Origin: Thelocarpon superellum
Lineage: Eukaryota
DNA length: 40,986 bases
Assembly (NCBI GenBank): GCA_026025795.1
Contig: JAPEUG010000010.1
Location: 62,001 to 102,986, forward strand
Reading direction: 5' to 3'
Shown piece after piece: positions 33,769 to 40,986 of the stretch. Made by a program: the position numbers and the translations under genes. Every line of letters starts with the position of its first letter. Position 1 is the first letter of the stretch. A model generated the notes under the pieces. It did not search any database. It was not told where the DNA came from and saw nothing but the letters and a program-made list of their open reading frames with translations.

Positions 33769-34959
33769 TTATCCAGCACCAATGACCGCAAAATAAGATT
33801 GATCGCTATCCCTCAACTTTGTTTCTCGATCCAGTGGGAGTTCCATGGGAGATTTAGGATTAGCCTCATCTCCTGCTGCTGCTGTCTCCAGCTTGGATAG
33901 CGTGGAAGTGGAAGCACCCGCGACCTGAAGGCACCCGAGGCGCTGGATCCATAAGTTTTCGTGAACACACGCCTGCTCAACGGCGTCTCGGGCTCCATCT
34001 GCCGCGGAGGCTAACCGTGTTGCTTCGACCGTCTCTTGAACGATCCTTCCCATAAGCTTGCCATCCTCTGTTATATCTTCCGAACTCTTCATCATCTCGA
34101 TGGGTCGAAGATGGCCTTACGAAATTCGTCCAGTCTACTTATCCCACTCGTTTGACGGCGTCAATGCTGTAGGAACATCCAACTTCTTTCAAGCATACCA
34201 GACATATTTTATCCGTGACTGACCCTCGACATGACGGATCTGCAGAGCGCGGATGAAAGCGACGAGAATGGCGACTTGGGTGTGCCTACACAGGCCACCT
34301 CGCTTCGACTTTTGGCATACGACGCGGACAAGTCTGTCCTCTACTTTTGATTGGTGAAATCGACCCAACTCAAAACATCCGAGCTTAATGAGTCTCATGT
34401 GAACAAGGCAAGCCCCTGAGGTTGAAGGTCTGCATCTCGCAACTATGAAGTCCGTAAACGAAGGACAGTTTCTTGGCCATCTAGGCCATTGAATGTTCTA
34501 CCAGCGTGGCTGGTGGGGCGGCCGATATGGTCTCCGCGGGAGGAGACGGCCCTGCCACCTTCACTGTCTGGAGGCGCTCAAGCTTCTGTTACCTTCGGGC
34601 CTGCGCTTCGAGCCCAACGAAGTCCGTGGAGCGCTTTTTCATGGTCTCAACGAGCTATTCTCAGAAGGGTGTGGTGCCGGGCGCACGTACACACCCGGGG
34701 CCGATGGAGTGCGGCGTGCCTCTGCGTTTAATCCAGCCAGTTCCACCTGGTGGTCCTCGTCGCTTGATAGCTCGGCATAGCTAATCATCGCCGTCGAGAC
34801 CGCCATGCACATGTCGAGGAAACTGCGCGGAAAATCTTGGTCCTCTACATGATTCAGATACTTTTGGTAGATCGTGGCGGCTATCTCCGGGCTACAGCCT
34901 AGGAACAAGCATGTCTCTAGGTTGTGTACGACAGCTGGAACGTCCATCCGATCTACCAT
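33769..34959 (-). pseudogene. degenerate remnant of an uncharacterised fungal gene
   Basis: Protein-like segments are spread across frames and broken by stops and frameshifts: MVDRMDVPAVVHNLETCLFLGCSPEIAATIYQKY, then TTPF*E*LVETMKKR, FTNQK*..ASYAKSR, VAILVAFI and KYVWYA*KK. Boundaries are approximate. Confidence 0.5.
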
Positions 34960-35926
34960 GTTGTGGAGAGGAAAGGTCGTCAAGCTCTAGGGTACGGTGG
35001 TTTGGGCGGGCGAGGATGAAGGCAGGGACCAGACGGGTGGTGGATCAGGCGGCGACCGTAACGGTACGAGTTTGTAGAAGCAGTTCGACGACCGGAGTAG
35101 ATCACACTGGAGCCTCAGAGCGATCCAGGCGCCCATCAGATAGATTCTCGCCCAGGTGGTGCTGGCAGTAACATAGACCAAAACGGAATCGAGGTCGTGA
35201 TGGCATACTGCTACGAGCAGCTTGAGAAGCACAGTCTGATTTGGCCGGTGGAGACCGCGCAGATTAGACCCAAGCATGTCAGCCATGGAACTGATCATGA
35301 AGCGATAGACAATTGCTGGTCCGTTGGTATCAGTGGTGGCGGACATGCCAGGGGAGCTTTAAGACCAAAGGCTCGGTACGCCAATCGTCGGGGAAGCTTC
35401 AATTTTGCGTGTTGACGAATCAAGTACGCGTCTGTGCACCTGGATGTTACATAACGAGTCCAAAGTACCGTCCTACCGCAGGTGTGAGAGAAGATACCTT
35501 GGTTCTTGCATTCCGCTTCGCTTTCACTTCCTCTCTGTGCCTCGCTCTCGCTTGCTCGCCCCGGCCTCTGGTCAGATGGCGTATAGCGTCTGCCGTGCTT
35601 CAACGGCCATCATCCCGTCGACCCTTCTGTCGTGACTCGAGCACCGGTCGCCCTTGTTCATGCGTAGGAAGCTCATCACCTCCCGGCTGGTGCGCTGAGA
35701 CCATCCGTCCTCGTGGTCGGTCTCCATCGCCACCGCCCGGTAGGGCCGCATCGACCTCGTCCCGGCTCCGACCGAGCCTCGACTACTCAGGTCGAACCAA
35801 CGTCGCTCCTGACACACACGACCAGGCCCGAGCCCGTCAGTGCGTTCACCACTACGCCACACCCTGGCGCGCATAACGTGAGAGGGCCGCTGCGCGTGTG
35901 GGCAGGCCAGCGTGGGACAAATCACG

Positions 35927-38900
35927 ATGGGGTTCGTCGGCGTCTGTCGTGCCGTCTACGACTATGAGCCGCAGAGCGACCAGGAGCTGGCCATCCGGGA
36001 CGGCGACCTGCTCTTCATCCTCGAGAAGAGCACGGAGGATGACTGGTGGAAGGCCAAGAAGCGGGCCGATGAGGAGCAAGACGAAGAGCCCGTGGGCTTG
36101 GTGCCGCGCAACTACGTCGAAGAAGTGCGTCTCCTGAGACCCTGTTTGGCGGCGTGCCATGGCTGATCCATATCTCTCCGCTTAGGCCGAACCGACCCAG
36201 CATGCCCGTGCCCTGTACGACTACACCCGTCAGACGGACGAAGAGCTCTCCTTCACCGAAGATGCCTCGCTCGCCGTCTATGACACCTCGGACCCGGACT
36301 GGGTCTTGGTCGGCCGGGACGGCGAATACGGCTTTGCGCCCTCCAACTACATCGAGCTCGTCACCACCCCGACGGCCGCCAGTGCCGCCAGTCTCCCCAA
36401 AACGTCCAAGGCCTCGCCGCCCGAGCATGACGCCGAATCCGAGCAGGGCCAGCAGCACACGCCGAGCTCCACCGGCAGCCCCATCCACAGCCCCGCGGCC
36501 GCACTCGCTGGGATCATGAACCGCAAAGCCTCTGGCGCGCCCTCAAGGTCGACCGCGTCGACCGCCCCGAGCGCCGTGACACAGCCCACGTACACGCCTG
36601 ATGCGTCGGACGACGAGTCACCGTCTCCTCCCGCCCCAGCCTTGCCCAATCGGCCACCGTCCGCCCCGACCTCACCCACTTCCCCGTCGGAGTCGGCCCG
36701 GTCGCCGCCGCCATCGCGGGCACCACCGCCGCCGCAATACCGTCGTCGGGTGGACGTCGAGGATGACGAGGACGTCGTCGCGGCACCAAGCGGATTCCAT
36801 CTCTATAACGTGAGTGAGATGGTGTCGGCGTTGGGCAAGCAGAAGAAGATGCCGACCACGCTGGGCGTCAACATCGCTACAGGCATGGTGATGCTCGCGC
36901 CCGAGAAGTCACGCGACGGTCCACAACAGGAGTGGACGGCGGACAAGCTCACGCACTACTCCCTTGAGGGCAAGCATGTCTTCATGGAGCTCATCCGTCC
37001 AAGCAAGAGCCTCGATCTGCACGCGGGTGCTAAGGACACGGCCCGCGAGATCGTCGCCGCCCTGGGCGAGATGGCCGGTGCGGTACGGTCGGAGGGCTTG
37101 CGAGAGGTCCTGGCCGCCGGCGCCGGTGCCGGCAAGGGCGAGAAACGAGGACAGGTGCTTTATGACTTCACCGCGCAAGGCGACGACGAGGTCTCCGTGG
37201 CCGTGGGTGACGAGGTCATCATCGTCGACGACACCAAGAGCGATGAGTGGTGGATGGTGCGCCGGATCGAGGGCGGGAAGGAAGGCGTCGTGCCGAGTAG
37301 CTACATCGAGATCAGTCACACTGGTAGCACCGCCATCCCGAGCAGCATGACGGGCCTTAACGCGGGTCGGTCCACCGTCGAACAAAACCGACGCGAAGAG
37401 GAACGGCTCGCCAAGGCCGCCGCCTCGCGATCCAAATCAGACGACCACGACCGAGGCGCCGAGGTTGGCCCGGGAATGAAGTTGCCGACGCGGGGCAGCA
37501 GCCTGACTGGCCAGCGCTCCAAACGGGATGGTAAGACGGGATCAAAGGGTGGGCAAGGCTCCAAGCCTCGTACGTCTTCCTTTGCCCCTTTGCATCCGTC
37601 CAAATTGCTGACGGTCGCCAGGACCCGAATCCTCCAAGACCCGTACGTGGACGGACCGCTCCGGTTCGTTCAAGGTCGAGGCTCAATTCATCGGCTGCAC
37701 CGATGGCAAGATTCACCTTCACAAGTCCAATGGCGTTAAGATCGCCGTCCCCGTCGTCAAGATGTCCGTCGAGGATCTGGAATATGTCGAGCGCATCACC
37801 GGCCTCTCCCTCGACGAAGATAAGCCACTCTCAGATATCCGACGACGCTCGCAGATGGGATCGCCGAACAAGGGCTCGCGGCCAACGGGTGGGCTAGAAC
37901 TGCCACGGAAAGATGACTATGACTGGTTTGACTTCTTCCTGAAGTGCGGGGTTGGGGTCCACCAATGTGAGCGATACGCGTCCAATTTTACTCGGGACTC
38001 AATGGATGAGAGCGTGCTACCCGACATTACGCCTGACGTGCTTCGGACCCTCGGACTCAAAGAAGGCGATATTCTTCGGGTGATGAAGACGCTCGACAAT
38101 CGCTATGGACGCACCGGTGATGCACGGACCAAGCGGAATGTGAGCTTTGGTGGCGCGGAAGTGATCAGTAACACCGATGCGGCCAGCGACGAGGGTGGCG
38201 CAGGTGGACTTTTCTCCGGTCCCGGAGGGACACTGCGAAACAACACGCGCAAGGGTCGGCCCGCACCAGCCGTGCAGACCAACGACACGGTCGATCCCAA
38301 GGCTTTTGAACCAAAGGAGACAAGCGTTGATCGACGTCAGTCAGACCGGCCCAACGGGTCCGGGACGACGGCCACATCGGCTCCACGGAAGACGCACTCT
38401 GATGGGTTTGAAGATGATGCATGGAGTGTCAAGCCGTCCAAGCAGGATACGGCGATATCACATTCGGGGCAAGGCCAGCCCATCGCGACGGGCCCTCCGA
38501 TCTCTCCCTCGCCAGCGGCGACGTCGCAGGCGCCGCCAGCCCCGGCGCTAACGGGCTCGATGCAAGAGCTATCCCTCCTAACGCAGCCTCTGCAACCCAC
38601 TATTAAGCATACTCAACCGTCTCCACAGTCGTTCCCGCAACCCAGCTTGCAAGCACAGCAGCAAGCTCCACAGCAGATGGTGTCCCCACAGCCTCCGGTG
38701 CAGTCGGCACCCCTGCAACAAGCCAAACCGACAGGCGCTTTGCCATCATTCTTCCCTCCATTGGGACAGCAGGCCACGGCGGGACCGGGCCCGGGAAACA
38801 ACCTCACGGGGCTCGGAGGGCTACCGACCTTCAACCCACAAGTCACTGGATTTGCTCATGCAGCCCCTTCAATCAACATTCCTTCCCGGCAACGGCCGCC

Positions 38901-39795
38901 AGCACCACCGCAGGCGGCCACAAATCAGGGACCATTGGCGCTGCCACCGCCACCCCGACCGCTCTCGGCCCCGCAGAATGTTTCGCAACCAACCAACTTT
39001 GCACCTCCCCCGCTTCAGGCTCAATTGACGGGGGTTCAGTATACTGGAAATCTGCAGCACCAGCCCAACCCATCGGGCCCAAGTCTCCAGGAATTGAACC
39101 AGCTTCGGTCGCAGCAGCAACAGCAACAGCAACAACAGCTCCAGCAGCAACAACAGCTCCAGCAGCAACAACAACAACAACAGCAGCTCCAACAGCAGCA
39201 GCAACAATTCCAGCAGCAACAGCAGCAGCACCAGCAACAGCAGCAGCAGGCTCAGGCTCAAGCTCAGGCTCAGGCTCAAGCACAGGCTCAGTTCAATGGA
39301 ATTGTCCCACAAGCGACAGGACTGGGGCAGTATGGGAACGGTATTCTGCCGCAGCCTACGGGGTACGGCTCGCAGCCATTCTTGAACGGGCAGCCGACCG
39401 GACCCGGGTTCCCGAACGCGAGTGCCGGACAGCCGCGCGTACCAACAGCGGCCCTGCAACAAGCGCAAGTGACGGGTACGATCAACAACTTTCTTCCCCC
39501 TGCTCTCCAACCCCAGCCGACGGGATTCACGAACTTCGGATCGGGGCCCGGGTCGGCGCCGATTCCGGTGCCGAGCATTCCTCCTCAGTTCATCGCGGCG
39601 GCCCCGCTGCAACCCCAGAAGACTGGACCGGCGCCTCCAATCAAGTTCGGCGTGACGGCGGCCGCGAACAAGCTGACTCCGCAACCTACTGGACGACGAG
39701 CCAATCTTTCGCAAGCCAGTAAGTGGCGGTGGATCCGTTGCGTTTGATGTTCGCTAATTTGGCTCGTAGCTCCGCAGAATCCCTTTGGGTTCTGA
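35927..39795 (+). CDS. SLA1: actin cytoskeleton / endocytic adaptor SLA1 (~1234 aa, 4 exons)
   Basis: Exons 35927-36124, 36186-37569, 37622-39718 and 39770-39795. Three SH3 domains (AVYDY...WW, ALYDY, VLYDF...WW), SHD1 (RTWTDRSGSFKVEAQF), SAM-like SHD2 (YDWFDFFLKCGV), LxxQxTG repeats and C-terminal NLSQATPQNPFGF. Confidence 0.95.
39112..39291 (+). repeat. coding CAG/CAA poly-Gln and (Ala-Gln)n tract in SLA1
   Basis: 60 codons: Q9 L Q5 L Q9 L Q6 F Q6 H Q6 (AQ)7. Confidence 0.95.
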
Positions 39796-40619
39796 GAATC
39801 ATGGCATGACTCCAGCAATCCCCTACACGCCCAGTCTTTCTCAGTGGATGCGTCATGATCGGGCACGAGCGCACGAACGCACGGTGGACGGGGCACAAGC
39901 ACGAAGATTTCCTTGCGTCATGGCCACATCCTGCATTCTTGGGCCACGGCGAAGCGAAATGTCCAGTGATCTAGCGTGGTGACGGACGATTATTTCTAGC
40001 CAGCTGTACATACGATATATAGTGAGCATAGTCGTAGCATTCATCAGTGTGTTGGCATGCTTGCGTGCCGCATCATTGAGATAGTCAAGCGTGGACTACA
40101 AGAGCTAACGGACGGACGCGCCCCTTTGTTTTCGCTGACTACAACATTATTCAGCAGGCTTCGACTTTGCGCTAATTTCATCGTCGAACGTCGCGTAAGG
40201 TTAGGGTTAAAAAGTGACGGTAGCACCGTACGGTGTACGATAGTAGCTCCCTGGAGAGGCTCGCGTTGAAAGCCTGATTGGGCTTAGGTGATCCTGACGG
40301 GTAATGAGGCATGCTGACCGGAGCCTTGCTCAGCATCGCCTAAAGACCCCACGGTGCCACTGACTAACGGCGTACGACACGATTACCGAGTCCTGACAAC
40401 TCTGGCAGCTTTAGGTGCGAGTACTGAGCTCGGGGCAAGAGGGGCACCGGTTGCCGGGTGTCATGACGCCCAGCTCGTTCGACGGAAAACCGTCTCGTGG
40501 CTTCACCCCGCTGGCAGAATCTTCCACCTCTTTCCTTGGCCCCGAGAGATCCGGCATCCATCGTTCGTATTGCTCAGCATTGATCGCGGAGGCGTGTATA
40601 AAGGCTTGAGATCTTGCCG

Positions 40620-40986
40620 ATGAAGTGGATTTGGTCTCTTGCAATTCTGATCATCGCAGCTCTCGTGTACGACTCGACCACGGCGCAACTACTGAAGAGC
40701 CTCTTCAGACTGTCTCCATTGAACTTGTTGAGCAAATCGCCTCGACCTCAGACGTCTCTTGCGTCCAATCTTCCCATATACCCGGTCCACTTCCGTCACA
40801 ACCTCAGCATGAGCACTCCCCGCACCATTCGCCAGGCCTTCCTGGCCACCGAGCAGTCTGAGGGCGTGGGTGCCCGGGTACGGCGTTCAATCGGCACGCC
40901 GAAGCTGCGCAACTTCTCCCCCTTTCTCATGCTTGACCATTTCACCGTGTTCCCGGGCGCTGGATTTCCGGATCATCCTCATCGCG
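40620..40986 (+). CDS. pirin family (cupin) protein, 5' part, truncated by the window end
   Basis: From ATG 40809: MSTPRTIRQAFLATEQSEGVGARVRRSIGTPKLRNFSPFLMLDHF...GFPDHPHR, the pirin N-terminal signature. An in-frame ATG at 40620 would add 63 aa. Absent from the ORF track because there is no stop in the window. Confidence 0.88.
   Translation, partial: MKWIWSLAILIIAALVYDSTTAQLLKSLFRLSPLNLLSKSPRPQTSLASNLPIYPVHFRHNLSMSTPRTIRQAFLATEQSEGVGARVRRSIGTPKLRNFSPFLMLDHFTVFPGAGFPDHPHR

Noticed and set aside
34987..35415. Short ORFs on both strands upstream of the pseudogene
   Set aside because: No recognisable motif. They may be further decayed sequence but are unsupported.
38869..39714. Poly-Leu minus-strand ORF that looks like a membrane protein
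   Set aside because: Antisense reading of the SLA1 CAG/CAA tract.
1..40986. Stop-codon readthrough (TGA CTA) to cryptic PTS1, TPP riboswitch, tRNA/rRNA, transposase or secondary-metabolite cluster
   Set aside because: I checked the stop contexts of all modelled genes and scanned the spacers by eye and found none. Covariance-model searches (Infernal/Rfam, tRNAscan-SE) would be needed to exclude small ncRNAs.

Overview
GC-rich eukaryotic genomic DNA from a filamentous ascomycete (Pezizomycotina-type short GT-AG introns with CTRAC-like branch points), so the ORF track fragments most genes. I rebuilt spliced models by hand and checked that reading frames join. In order, the genes are: a C2H2 zinc-finger protein (+), an orphan-like Pro/Arg-rich protein with a CxxC...CxxC motif (-), a GH65 acid trehalase (+), COP9 subunit CSN8 (-), STT3 (+), a heptad-repeat hypothetical (+), dynein intermediate chain (-), ATP synthase subunit e (+), a SUR7/PalI protein (+), PMT4 (-), a single-exon hypothetical (-), an amino acid permease (-), a decayed pseudogene (-), SLA1 (+) and the 5' end of a pirin gene (+). 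Simple repeats cluster in the 3' spacers. I see no rRNA, tRNA, CRISPR array, intact transposon or biosynthetic cluster, and no convincing new multi-gene system. The best leads are a required GC-AG intron in the permease, several stop-free in-frame introns, a decayed gene, a 58-bp duplication next to a stop codon, a possible C-H-H-H finger, and several uncharacterised proteins. Family assignments come from motif recognition; no database search was run.
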